Origin: Lama glama
Lineage: Eukaryota
Assembly (NCBI GenBank): GCA_028534125.1
Contig: CM052817.1
Span: 16,060,001-16,124,000, forward strand
Direction of reading: 5' to 3'
DNA length: 64,000 nt
Part shown: positions 12,134-24,765 of the stretch, piece by piece
Layout of the letters: each line of letters starts with the position of its first letter
Numbering within the stretch: the stretch's first letter is position 1
Program-made: the position numbers and the translations under genes
The notes under the pieces: generated by a model
The model's input: only the letters and a program-made list of their open reading frames with translations
Database searches by the model: none
Told to the model about the DNA's origin: nothing

Positions 12134-14224
12134 AAAAAGAAGCAGCTTTGAAAGAATCAAATTTGCATGTTAGAAAAATCACTCAAGCAGCAGTGTCCAG
12201 AATGGGTGATAGGAATGCAGAGAGATTGGAGGCAGAAGAACCTGTCGGAGGGTTACAATAATCATCAAGGCTCCATGTGCAGAACCCAAGGAAAGATGTC
12301 AGAAATGGCTCTGAGTACACCCTCAACAACCACATCGCAGCTGGACAGACTATCTTACAATTCTAACCCACAGCCCCATAATCTAAATGCAAATGTCGAG
12401 GTGTCATAGCAGCACCACAGTTTGACAATACTGATGGAGAAACACAATAAATACTGAGGCAAATACACCAGTCAGAAGTAAAGTAAATTAATAGTACAGC
12501 TTAGCTGGGATCACAAATGAATCATTCTAAAAGCAATTTTGTCCTGTTGTAAAATGAGATTAACACCTACTTGCCAGTCATTTTAGGAAGAACACAAATC
12601 AGCCCATCTGTCTTAATTCAGTGGTACTCATCATACATTTTTTAAAGTGATCACTTCCTGAAGAGTCATCCTATTGATGCCAGCAACACCTCACATTGAC
12701 AGTCTATGGCATGACCTACAATCTAAGTGTCACTTCAAAGCAGCATTGAAACCCCAAATTACACATCTTCACCGGAAGTGACTTGTTCTCTAGAAAGCCA
12801 CGGAGCGGGCACCCTCGGTAGCTTGCCAGATACTGTCTTTAAATGACATTGGAGAGGGAGCTGAAGGTAGAAACACTTTTTTTTTTTTAGGAAGGAGATG
12901 CAAATGCTAGTACAGACAACAATTTACTGCAAACTAAATTACTAATCAATATCTGATAGTGGGACAGACTGTCCACGGAGGTTGTAAGAGTCATATTCAG
13001 CCTATAATGGGAGATGCTAGAAAAGGAGGCTGCTCGGTTTAAATTGTATTCGTGTTTTGTACTCAGATATAAATAAGCTTGCTGATCGTATCACTGTCTC
13101 AGATTTATGGTAAACACAGGAAAGCACAAGAATTTCAGAAAACCTCCCTGGGTCTTGCAATTTCTCAGAGCAAATACTTTCCACTCTCTCCTTGAATGAA
13201 AGAAGACATGGGATGAGAGTGAGTCCAGAACAAACTCCTGAAATGCACAGTTAGGAATGTAAGGCTCCATAGAAAATATTGGGTGAGACAGCCTGAGGTT
13301 CGGGCAGCACTCTGGAAAGGTCTCAAAATATGTTTTATGACCAACACAAACTGCATACAGAATAATGATCTCCTGCTATAGAGAGCCTAACAATGGTATT
13401 TTACACATCTTAAATTAATTATGATGGGGATCACATAATTAACTCCCACTTATCATTATCATTCTGGGCTCTCGAGAAACTTGCCAGGCCCTCCCTCCAT
13501 GAGAGTGCCAACAAAATGCCTATAAATTCATCTTCTTGTTACAGACAGCGAGCATGCAGAAAGGCTTCCTCCCCATCCCCTTTCCCATGGTGGTCTCCAG
13601 GAGAATATTCACTGCCTTTCTGATTATATCATACAGAGCTCTGGGCTCCCGGTCTTCCAGAGGAACCCCCACAACACCCCAGAGCATCTGCCATTCGTTC
13701 GGAAGATAACAGAAGGCTGGCCACCCTCTCTTCTCATAGAAGCAGTTCTGTAAGTCCAGCTACTGGTCTACTCTGGGGATGCTACTAGGCTTCATGGAAA
13801 ATTCCACTCCTGCCCTCCTTCTTTCTCCTTCCTTACTCCCTAAAATGCTTCATTTGTAATTATCTCTATAGGAGAGATCAGCAATGGACAAATCATGGCA
13901 TCAAACCTGCAAAGCTGCCAAAAAGTTTCATAGAATATTAGAAGTTTCTGTAAGAAGAATTGAGAGAGGAAGACTTCAGTCCCCACATTTATTCAATGTG
14001 ACTTATTTCTACAGTCGGGCAACTGGCTCCTTGGTTTCTTGAGGTGAGGTGAAGGGTTGTGTCTCCTGTATCTGATCTGCCCACCTCCCTCAAGAGGTGG
14101 CACAGGGCTCCTTGAACAAATCAGTGAATAGCTTTCCTGGCCTCTAGGAGACTGAAACCAAACCAAGAAGGGGGTAAGCTCAGAAGTGTAATTTTTTTAA
14201 ACCCTTGGCTGTGAAATGAAGGTT

Positions 14225-14400
14225 GCTCCTTAATCTTCACTATGATCTTATGAGGGAACCATCATTATCCCCTTTTCACAGATAAGGAAAAGAAAGTCAA
14301 ATATCAGAGATGAAGTGACGTGCCCAGTGTAGCGACTGCCCATTGTAAGTGGCAGAATCAGACTCCAATCCAGATCTCACTGGTGCTCCAACACAGTTTA
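14225..14400 (-). mobile_element. MIR SINE
   Basis: taatcttcac...attatccccttttcacagataaggaaa...aagtgacgtgcccag...gtaagtggcagaatcag. Confidence 0.75.
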
Positions 14401-16339
14401 GAGGCCAACGGTGCATCACTTGACAATGACTAACTTCTTTGGTAAATGTTGACACAGTAATTTAAATCATTGACTGGGCTTGGCTTCTCAACGCACACAG
14501 ACACAATCATTTTTAACATGGATAAATTGACCCAAAAGGTCTTCTAAGTTAACTAATCAGTAATGCCCTTTGCAGTCTGAAGTTACACGAGGGACAGAAA
14601 CATTTCTCTAGGTCCTTGGATGAAACATACTTTAAAGGGGCCAAGAGATGGTGACTGGCTTAACTGGGATGTGTAACTTCAAGAGGACTGAGTAGAAGCC
14701 CAGTAGCTGGATGAGATGGGTACTTTCCTTAGTCATCCTAGGACAAGTGCATCTCAGAGAGGCTGGGGCCAGAACTGAGTCAGTATTCCTGGGTTTTCTC
14801 CTCTGCCCAAAGATGGTGTCCAGAGGCTGCCCAGTCACGATGGCAGGAAGCCCCAAAGGTTACCCCATGTAGATCAAGTCATCTGCAGAGGCGGGAAAAA
14901 GGTGAAGGGGCACGCAGGCGGCTGACAACGGTGTTGATGTTCATTATGACTTCCCAAGGGCTGCGCTCCAGGCACATTACCTGTCGCTTTCAATCCTGGA
15001 GCTCCCTCGGCTCAAGTGAATGAGCCGTCACAAAAGCTGGCTGACCAGCCAATTCCTCGGATACAATTACACTTTTATGATGAGGTTCAAGAAATCTCAG
15101 GGCATCAAGAGGACTTCTCGACACCACATATCACCCGAGCCCCTCTCTCCAGGTTCCATTTGGAGAAGGACAATTCAGCCTGACTGGCCACTTTCCCTGC
15201 CTGAACCAACAGTGGGTCAGTAGCAGCCATGCCTTCCCTCACACTGCGGGTGACCTCCTGAAGTCCTGGGTCACAGCGGACTAAATGAGCTGGATAATTA
15301 AAAAAGGGGATGAGCCATGCCAGAGATTTTGCCTGCCTCATCAAGAACACCATGCCCTTTTATCAATCTACTTGGTTTTTTGTTTTTATTTTTCCCCCTC
15401 TGAAATATGATTAGTCTTGAGAAACTTCCTAACCACGGTGTCCTCCACCACGAGCTGTCATGGCCGGAGTACTAGAAAAGTTTTGAGTGTGCCCTACACT
15501 TAGAAAATTCAACTAATAAAAATTGAGGTGCAGGTGAGGAATCAGGGACCTTTCCTGTTTAAAAAAAAAAAACAAAAAAAACAAAAAACAAGGCCCCAAA
15601 GTGTTCTTCCAAATTTGAAGATTTCCTACCACATCAAAGTCTTTTATTTAGAAGCATTTTTACCAGGTAAGGAAAAGGATGGAGTTAGGGGTGAACCATT
15701 CTTTGGCAATTAAAATTTCAATACAATAATTTTCAAGAATCATATGAGACATATTTAAATGTATATATATAATATTAAATATATACATACACACAGTGCA
15801 TGTATATAGCTATGCATATAACATCATATAATATATATACAGATGAAAATGAAGATTCAACTTCATAAAAACTTGAGTTCTATGACAACTTTCCATTTCT
15901 CTCAGGAGAGAGTTCCCATAACCAGGAGAACTAATTGTGCCACGCATACATTGGTATATGTGGAGGGAGTTCCAGCAAAGCAACTAGTACCTCAGTAGAC
16001 CAGTAAGGGTGCCACTGTAGACAAAATAAATTAAGGAAATACATAAAAATTCAGCCACAAAGGACTGCTAAGACGCCATGAAGGACCAAATGAGTCCCCC
16101 CAAATAAAATCAGACGAAGACTAGTTTCCAAGGTTTTTATCCCCATGCTCTGTAACTAATGTTTATACTAAACACAATTTCTAAATACTGTTTCTGAACT
16201 TCTTCTCACCCAAATCATTATGGGTCCCATCTCATGGAAATGGGACAGCATCTCACAGAATCCTCCATACAGATCTGTAGAAAGGAGGGGCAGGTGATGG
16301 AGAGAGTCCAGGCCACTGTCTTCTATGACGACACTCGGA

Positions 16340-16577
16340 TCCCCACACCTGGCCAGCTATGGTGCTGCTTGAGAACCTCGTCCAAATCCTGGCTGTACCA
16401 CTCACCAGCTCTAGGCCAATTTCTTAGCTTCACTGTGACTCAGTTTTTCTTTTTTATAATGGAGATGACAACCATCGGACATATCTCATCTGGGTGTTGT
16501 GAAAATTAAACAAATCGATATATATATATAAAGCCCTTGGAACGGTGGTTCATAAGTACTAAGCACTAAATAAGTGA

Positions 16578-16578
<1 letters not shown>
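16340..16578 (+). mobile_element. MIR SINE
   Basis: aaatcctggctgtaccactcaccagct...ctcagtttt...gggtgttgtgaaaattaaa...taagcactaaataa. Confidence 0.8.

Positions 16579-16629
<51 letters not shown>
16579..16629. repeat. (ATT)17 microsatellite at the MIR tail
   Basis: Perfect trinucleotide run. Confidence 0.97.
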
Positions 16630-16632
<3 letters not shown>

Positions 16633-16870
16633 TTGGTTGAAAAAGTGAACTGTGGATCAAATCGTGAGAAGCTGAATGACAGCAACAGAAGGAACTAAAG
16701 GTGATCTCAGCTCTCAGAGCCAAAATCAACATCCAAGCCTATCACACTGTATGAATGTTTGTGTGTGTGTGTGTGGATAACGGTAGAAAGGAAACAAACA
16801 AAACTAAAACTAATATGTGTGTACGCGTGTAGGTGTGGAGTTACGGTTGATTTCTACTTTAATTTTCAAA

Positions 16871-17023
16871 TTTTTCTTTTTTATTATTTTATATTTTTTA
16901 ATTTTTATTAAAGTTCAGTTCATTTACAATGTAGTGATAGTTTCTGGTGTACAGCAAAGTGATTCAGCTATACATGCATACATTCTTCTTCATACTCTTT
17001 TCCATTATAGTTTATTACAGGAT
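16871..17023 (-). mobile_element. 5'-truncated L1 extreme 3' end (cetartiodactyl type)
   Basis: T-rich tail followed by aagttcagttcatttacaatgtagtgatagtttctggtgtacagcaaagtgattcagctatacat...ttttccattatagtttattacaggat. Confidence 0.8.
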
Positions 17024-17829
17024 TATGTTAGATTTATAGCAACTAGAAAAACAAAAACAATTCTCTCCCTGATCTCTTGAAACCACCTCAGCCTGGTGAG
17101 ATGAGGGCCTAGATGATTTCCCTCTGCCCTACACAGGACTCTACTCACTCATTATAAGAGAAGGATCTGAAGTTTGGGATAAAATAGAGTAGTGTCTCCT
17201 TTAACAACTGATGAAGCAGATGACTGCAGAAAGCAACACACACCCTGGACCCTCTAAAAAGACGGACAGCCCAGAACACTTCACCAGGAAGAGCAGAATT
17301 CTTCAGTGAGGAGTCACAGTACATGGAATGACAAATACATATCGTGTAAGTGGCAACCATTTTCAAGGCGACTCCACATTTGAAGGACTTCTCTATTTTG
17401 TACTGGGTTAAAATGAACTCATGGGGGTGTTCTTATCACTGGAAGCATAAACAGAAATGACAAGATTGCATCTAATAAATAGTCATGCTAATGGGGATGG
17501 TAGGTGAACGATTTAATCTTCCATGTTTCAATTCTTCATTTAACCACTGAGACCCAAAAGCGCCTAGGTGATGAGGGCAGCTTCAGATAACCCTCTAGTT
17601 AGAACCAAAGCCTCCAGGAACTATTTGGTGGAGATGTATAGCTACCCCACAATGTCCCGCGGGGTTAGGACTGGACAGCCAAAGTCTACATCCATCAGTT
17701 AGCAAACAGCTCACCACTGTAATGTCTAAAACACACATCTGATCAATTCCAAGATCTCTGTGGCCTGAAACCTATCTTAGGGAGGATCACAGAAAAACAG
17801 CGGGGTATCTTAGAAAGAATGATAGACTA

Positions 17830-18310
17830 ATAATAATCAAAATAACAAATTAATCCTGGGTAGCATTTAATAAGGCTTATCATATGCAGAGGACTGTGTT
17901 TTACATGCATTATTAATGAGTGCCCAGAACAGCCAATGAGGTAGGTACAATTATGATCCCCATGTACAACTGAGAACAGAGAGGTTAAGCCGCTTGCTCA
18001 GCATTGCCCAGTTAGAAAGCGTTCAAACCCAGGCAACCTGACCATGCTTTTAACAAATAGCATTCATATTTCTCCAATACACTGTGCTCTCAAAGGCTCT
18101 CATAAGCATTGACTCATCTGAGCCCCACAACAATACCTGCCTCCCCACCTGCATGACAGGCGAAATTACTCTCTCCAGGTTAAAGATGGAAGAACTGAGG
18201 TTCAAAGAAACTAAATGACTTGTTTGATAAAATGCAATGAGTAAGATGGCCAGACCCAATTTTGACCACAAACCCCTCCAGCTAGAAATCTCCCCCACTG
18301 TCCTACCACG
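17830..18310 (-). mobile_element. Two adjacent MIR SINEs
   Basis: caatgaggtaggtacaattatgatcccc...gaggttaagccgcttgctca and gatggaagaactgaggttcaaagaaactaaatgacttg. Confidence 0.75.
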
Positions 18311-18429
18311 CACCATCACCTCCAAATTTCCAGGCCTGAATTTCCTCATTTGTAAATATTTTAAATATTTATTCTAAACCCACTCCTAGCCCTAACCTTT
18401 GATGCTCCTGTAAATGAAAGTCAACTAAT

Positions 18430-18860
18430 GCCACAAGCTACTCAAGACTCTTCAGCAGCCACTCACCACCTACAAGAGATGGTCCAGCCTCCTTTGTGCT
18501 GGCTCACCTCTCGCCCCGTCCCATCCCTAAGCCCTGAGCCAGCCTGCTGAACCCTGGGGGCTGCACTTTCTCCCCTCAGACTAGACCGCTGTCCCTGCAG
18601 CACTCTCTTCCTAGCAAATCTGCTGGAATTTCCCCAACCACTTCTGCAAGAAATGCTTCATGTCTTTCAGATAGAACTGACCACCTTCTCATCTCGGGCC
18701 CCTTACCACCCTCCTGCCTCAACCCCTCTCCCACTTTACCGCACTTCTTTACTGATACTCCACCTCCCTTGACTGCACCCAGGAGCCATGTCTATCTTTA
18801 GTAGCCAGCATGGTGTCAGGCACACAGAGCTTTGTGGAGAAATGTATGTTGCATGAGCAG
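18430..18860 (+). mobile_element. Degenerate L2 3' region
   Basis: C/T-rich body ending ccagcatggtgtcaggcacacagagc...aaatgtatgttgcatgag. Confidence 0.55.
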
Positions 18861-19019
18861 AGAGAAAACTTGTAGTCTGAAGAAGTGTTGAAAATGGTTT
18901 TAATCTGAGCGCCAAGGTTCTATCTAGCACCCAGAACATAATCTGCTGGTTGCTGGTTGCACTAAAAGCATTAAGAATTGGCTTCACTAATTCTGTTTCC
19001 ACCCTATTATTACAACTAT

Positions 19020-19200
19020 AATCAGTCAACAAAAGATAAATGAGTGTCTACGAAGTGCCAAGCATTGTTCTGAGAGTATATACCATACCAATAAGTAAGG
19101 CAGAGTCCCTGCCCGGGGAGAGATCAAGTGCCAGCTGGGGAGTCAGGGCTGTAATGTCAGTTACTATACTACAACAGCACACGTGCTATGGGAGGGAAAT
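19020..19200 (-). mobile_element. L2 fragment
   Basis: tcaacaaa...tgagtgtctacgaagtgccaagcattgttctg...gtccctgccc...gtgctatgggag. Confidence 0.65.
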
Positions 19201-19729
19201 TTTATACTGGCCACAAAAAAAGAGAATGTTAAGCATCCTCCTGAATGTTTCCCCTACTAATTAGATTAGACAAATGGAAAAGAAACCACTTACTTTGATT
19301 CTATATGTTTTCTCTTTTGCAATTTAAATGATTAGCCAAACAAAATAAAACCACATTCATTAAAATACCACCATTTAAAATGATAACCAGAATGTGAGGT
19401 ATTCTAAAAGTGACCGTGGTTCCATTGTTTAAAAAGGAGTTTTAAAAGCCAATTAATGTTGAAAACAAGATCAGAAAGGAAGCCCACTCTTCTAAGCACT
19501 TGAGAAGGAACCACTCTGTATACACACAATCCTCTCACGATACAAGCAGAGGCCAGAAGCCCTGATAGGTAAATTCCGAATCGTGCCACCAAATCATTAA
19601 GGTGGAACTCTAGACAGCACAGCATAATTCTTATACACACCTGAAAATAACAAACACACGTGTATGTTAAAACACAGCGTAGTTTAGGCTTGTCACTAAT
19701 TCACACTGGCCTTCCTCTGAATCTGAATT

Positions 19730-19925
19730 CACTGAGTGCTGAGAAAGGCATTTCACATACATTATCTTATTGAATCCATCCAACAACCCGACAAGGGTAG
19801 CGTTAGTATCATCCTCATTTTGAAAAAGAAGAAACCAAGGCAGAGACACTAATCATTAAGCTTGTCCAACATTGAACCCTTGCAAGGGGTGGAACCAAAA
19901 TTCATTTTCAATCCTTCCTGACTCC
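19730..19925 (-). mobile_element. MIR SINE
   Basis: cattatcttattgaatccatccaacaaccc...atcctcattttg...gaagaaaccaaggcagaga. Confidence 0.75.
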
Positions 19926-22900
19926 TACAAGCTCCAGCCATCAATAAGCTATTTTACCTTCATGGGGCTTTACCATATCAGAAAAAAATAAATTCAGTAT
20001 CAAAATCAATTACCACACGTGTTTTTTTTTTTTTTTTGGAAGAAAGTGAAAACTGCTGTCAAGCTCATTTTGAAGACTGCTTGGAGTCCCTGTGACTTTG
20101 CTGGGACAAAATGCAGTGTTTTCCCTCTAAGTAGTTAAACAGCACAGAATTCTCAAGTAATACAGCGGCTGCTAACAACGCTGTCACCATTACATTGTTT
20201 AGTCAGTGACTGTACCTCAATGACTTTCTTCTCTTGATATGTGCTTAGGTTACCAAGAGAAATCTGAGAGCCTGCTAATGCAAAACACATCTAATGCAAA
20301 ATGTTTTGCCTTCACCCTCTGCCCTCCCAAAACCGACCTCAGCCTTGAGGTCTTGATAAACGTTCCTTGATTTAAAGCTTGATTCCAAATCGGGTGGAGG
20401 GGGTTTCCCAGGTATTCACATATTAACATTTGCAATTCAGATTTTTTTTTTTTAACCCAGACAAACAACATCCTTTCAAAGGGTTCCTCTGGTACTTTCT
20501 TCACTTGACCTACCTAATTTAGAACTATCCCTGGTGCCATCTTGGTGGTGACACTGCTCTGTGATAGCTAATACATACGCATACATTACTGCTGACATTT
20601 AAAAACGCTCCTAACAGTTTGTGTGAGTACATGGTAAACAGATGCTATGGGAATTTTTCCCCATTATCAGTCATCTCTGAAGACTGCAGTCAAGTGACAG
20701 GTTTTTGAGACTTTTCGGTCTAACAGCAAGAGATTTATTTTTAATAGAATATTGATATTACGGTACAAAATGGCATTTGGTGTTTATCCCCCAACCCCCA
20801 TCCTTTTAGCAATGTGGTTCAGCTTAGTGGGTTATTTTGACCCACCCTCTATTCTGTCTGTTACTCTGTTCTTTTTTTCCTTGAGTTGGGGTGGGGGGGA
20901 GTTGCAGACTTCTATGAACTCTCTGATTAAAGTACCTCCATCTGAATGCAGATTAAAAGTTCCAACACCTGAGAGCTCAAAACCAATGAATATTTATACC
21001 GAAAACCAGCAGATGAATATACTCTAAATCTTCAAATGCAAGTCTAGTCATGGGTTTTATCTTATTTTAGGACTTACTTTTTATTAAAATGAACTCTTGC
21101 ATATTTACACTACAGAAATAAATGTTATTTGCAAGCACAATACAGCGGAGACCTTACAAATGCATTGCCTCTGGGGAAGGCGACTTCACTCCTCAAGCGG
21201 ATTTTATTTCTTTATTAGGTCTTCGTTGAAGAGGGGTTTCATTGTAGATGATTGGCATAACCTGGGGACCTGAAAATATGTTCATTTGGGAGAGATTATT
21301 CATTTAGTGGCCAAGATTATTGTGAGTCCCTCCATTCATGGGGGATTTGATCAATTTAACCATTTTCCCCCTTTCATTAGAAACTTCATTCTGGATGACT
21401 CCTCTAAAAAGGAGAGATGGTATAAAGCAAGCACAAAGGAACATTAATTTCAGCATCAAGCTGACTTGCCTTCTCTGGGAGGTGGCTTAACCCATTTTTT
21501 GTCTTGAGGTATAGCCTTAAATCGTGATCTGTCTCTTCAGAGTACAACTGGAGTAAACAAACGCTGGTCCTCCGAACAACGAGCTCTAAGAGGTGGTCGG
21601 GGGTGCACAGTCAGACCGAAGTTTGATGATTCCAGTTCCCAACCAGAGACTCCCAAGGAAGCTTATGCAATAACACAAGTGAAAGTAAACACTGTCACCT
21701 ACCAACATCCCAGGATAAGTCAATAACTCCAAAACACATTCAAAAGTGATTATTTCAACGATAAAGAAATCTTCCATCTTAAAATAACTAAACTGGAGGT
21801 GAAAAGTAAACCTCTTTCTTCCCTAATCCCCTGGCAACCTCTTGCTCTTCATTAGAGTGTAATAAACCCCACATAAAATGTCAGGTGCGGTTACCAGAAT
21901 TGGGGGAAATACAAATTCTGATTGAACCCACCACACACCGGGAGACTTTCTATGCACTCACGATCCTGAGGACTTAGAATGTGCAAATTTGCCATCATGT
22001 TCCTAAACTTATTCCTTCTTTTTCATAAAGTAAGCTTAGAGATAAATGTTTACAAATCAACCCAGTCATCATTTCTTCATTTTAATGCTCAAACGCTTCA
22101 TTTTGATTGCTGCCTTTTTGACATTTCACCAAGGAAATATGTTTGCGTGTTCGCAATGCCATTGAATCAGCAATTAGATCTCCATATTCCAGATGTCATG
22201 AGAGTTTTCAATGCATCTCCCAATAAAATTTATTTCTGAACTTTAGGGGAGAAAAAACTACAAACAAATGTACTTTGTATAAATTAAACACATTATCCTT
22301 ATTTTTCTAATTCTGTTCTAATTTTTCTAATTTAACACAGTGAGGGCTTCTGAATTTATATTTCAAGGATTTCACATCATTCTACATAATACTTTTCCTT
22401 GCAATGAATACAATTTTGGATTATTTATGGGCATTTTGATTCACTAATTTTTCCCCGCATTGAACAAGAGATATGGAGACAAATTTGTGCTATTAGCGAT
22501 GTGCTACACTCTCCATCCTGTAAGTCTCTCTTGAGCCTTGGCACTCTGGCCGGCACAGGAAACTTACTGTCGAAAGTGGACAAAGAAAAATGTAATTCTG
22601 GTCTTATTCATTTCTTCATTAAGATTTTTATCTTCTTAACTCCCTCCTGTAGACTTCACATTTCTGTGATTTTCCTTCAGCTCCCAAGGCTAGCTCAGAA
22701 GTACTGTTTCTGTGACTCCTTGGCTACCTTGTGTCACTCCAGAGCAATCCAACACCCAACTTTTCCTCTTTCACTCCTGGGTGAACTGAATACACAGCTT
22801 CCCAGCTCTTTGCCACAAGCTCTGACTCTTTAAAAAAAAAATACAGTAAACTAAAATGGCTATACAACATGCAGTTTGGCACCACCAGAACATTTAAACG

Positions 22901-24400
22901 GCAGGGCAGAGGTACCATTCGAAGGAGCTGTCTTGGGTGACTTTAGGCATAGTTGTGGCTGGTAGAAATGAGTTCACCCCAGGACTCTGTTCACCTGAAT
23001 TGGAAATGCACACCAGATTTTCATGTTCATGAATGTGGAGCATGGCTGCGTAGAGAAATTCTTCCCCAGGGCCCTCCTTGCAGGGCATGCCCATCACCAC
23101 AGAGGGCCCTGGCAGACAGCAGAGGTTCTACTCCCTCCATTATTCTCGAGACAACTGGGTGGCATTTTCTCCTTTAATAAGAAAAATGACACAATCCAGT
23201 GCTCCTTCTGATGGAAGGATTTTGCTCGGTATTTACCCAGTTCCAAAGGGTAACACTAGAAGAGCTTGACTCCCTGTTCTCCTCCCATCCGTAAAATGTT
23301 TTGCAGATGTCTCCGTCTAGCCCATCCCACCTCCTGAAAAATGCGCCCGAGCAAAAACTTATCTGTTAGTAATAGAACTGAAAAATGCCTCATTCTGGCT
23401 AGAAGTGGTACGAGAGCTGCTCCTGCTCCAGCAAATTTATTTTGCCTTTCAAGGGTTTAATTGCACACAACATGGTGCAGTTTTGATTAATCCTTCAGAA
23501 TTTAATATATCCTCTGGGGGGGTCAATATGTTGATTCTTCATGCATCACTATCATGGGAGTCACTGGAACGCATTTAAACACCACAGGAGGTACACCTCT
23601 CCAACTTACCTGGTCCTGCCAAGGGTAAAAAGTGCTCATTAATGACTCGATCCAGGAGGGGAGCCAGCAGACGGGGAGCTTCCTCTCTGACACTATTTGT
23701 GGTTTGCTTGGCAGGCACACTTCCCTTGGGGAGGTCCCAGGTGAGGCACACACTGGAATCTTCCAGGCTTATGCCCTGATCATTTTAATGAGAAAGCAAC
23801 CTCGAAGTATTGGCACCTTGCATCCAGCCAACATATGGAGCCACCGTACAGGCACTTAATTGAACTCATTCAAGATTATGAAGGATAGAGTCAGTCGGGT
23901 CAATGAGTGTTTATTCCATGAACTCGGGCTCTGAAGAGGTAATGCAAAGGTAATAACAAGTCCATTTGCTATGTTCACAAAGAATGATCTTTTAAATTCT
24001 AGATTCCATGTCCCTGTCTTTGGATTTCTGGTTGAAGCACGTGGGAAGACTGCAAGTTCCTGTGCGTTACTAAACACGTGGATGGGTGTCATAGGATTTC
24101 ATGGTTTGAGGGTAAAACAAGAAGACTCCAAGTTACTAACCCTCCTGGTAAAGTCAGAATCAGAGGTGAAGAACCACAAGAATGGCGCTATGGAAACGCT
24201 GCACTTGTAAAGTCATCGGAGCGACTGTCTCCAGGAGGGAGGTCTGTTTCAGCAGAAGAAAACAAAATAGGGCACAGAGTATAGAACCAGAGAAGGACTC
24301 ACGACTCGGTTCTGCTCCTCTCTGTGTAAGGTTTAACAGCCTTTTTCAGCCTGTTTTCTCACCTAAAAATTGCAACATTAGATCCGACACACCAGAGCCA

Positions 24401-24765
24401 TGTTACAGGCTGCACTGTGTCCCACCCCAAAGTGCATTTGTTGAAGTCCTCACCCCCAGGACCTCAGAATGTGATGGAGTTTGGAGATAAAGCCTACAAA
24501 GAGGTTACTAAGGTACAATGAGGACGCATAGGTGGGCCTTAATGCAATATGACTGGTGTCCTTGTAAGAAGAGGAGAATCTGACGCAGAGCCAGCCAGGA
24601 AAGACCACGTGAAGAAGGCAAAGGGAGAAGAGATCGCCTGCAAGGCTCAGAACGAACCCTGCTGACACCGTGACCTCAGACTTCTAACCTCCCGAACTGT
24701 GAGAAAATAAATGTCTGTGCTTTAAGCCAGCCAGCCTGTTACAGGAGCCCAAGCACGCCAACGCG
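24401..24765 (+). mobile_element. ERVL-MaLR solo LTR (MLT1A-like) inserted into a MIR
   Basis: tgttacaggctgcactgtgtccc...acctcagaatgtga...gactggtgtccttgtaagaagaggaga...gaactgtgagaaaataaatgtctg; MIR-like sequence on both flanks. Confidence 0.88.

Noticed and set aside
15652..15666. Plus-strand 15-nt microexon or recursive site (tttag|aagcatttttaccag|gtaagg)
   Set aside because: Opposite to the inferred transcription direction and without supporting regulatory motifs; revisit only if the host gene proves to be on the plus strand
21158..21269. Minus-strand exon-like segment (ttttcag ... ttt|gtaagg)
   Set aside because: Stop codons in all three frames and a weak donor
22426..22567. Minus-strand acceptor followed by an open frame KFPVPARVPRLKRDLQ...
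   Set aside because: No recognisable homology, no clear donor, and such frames are common by chance
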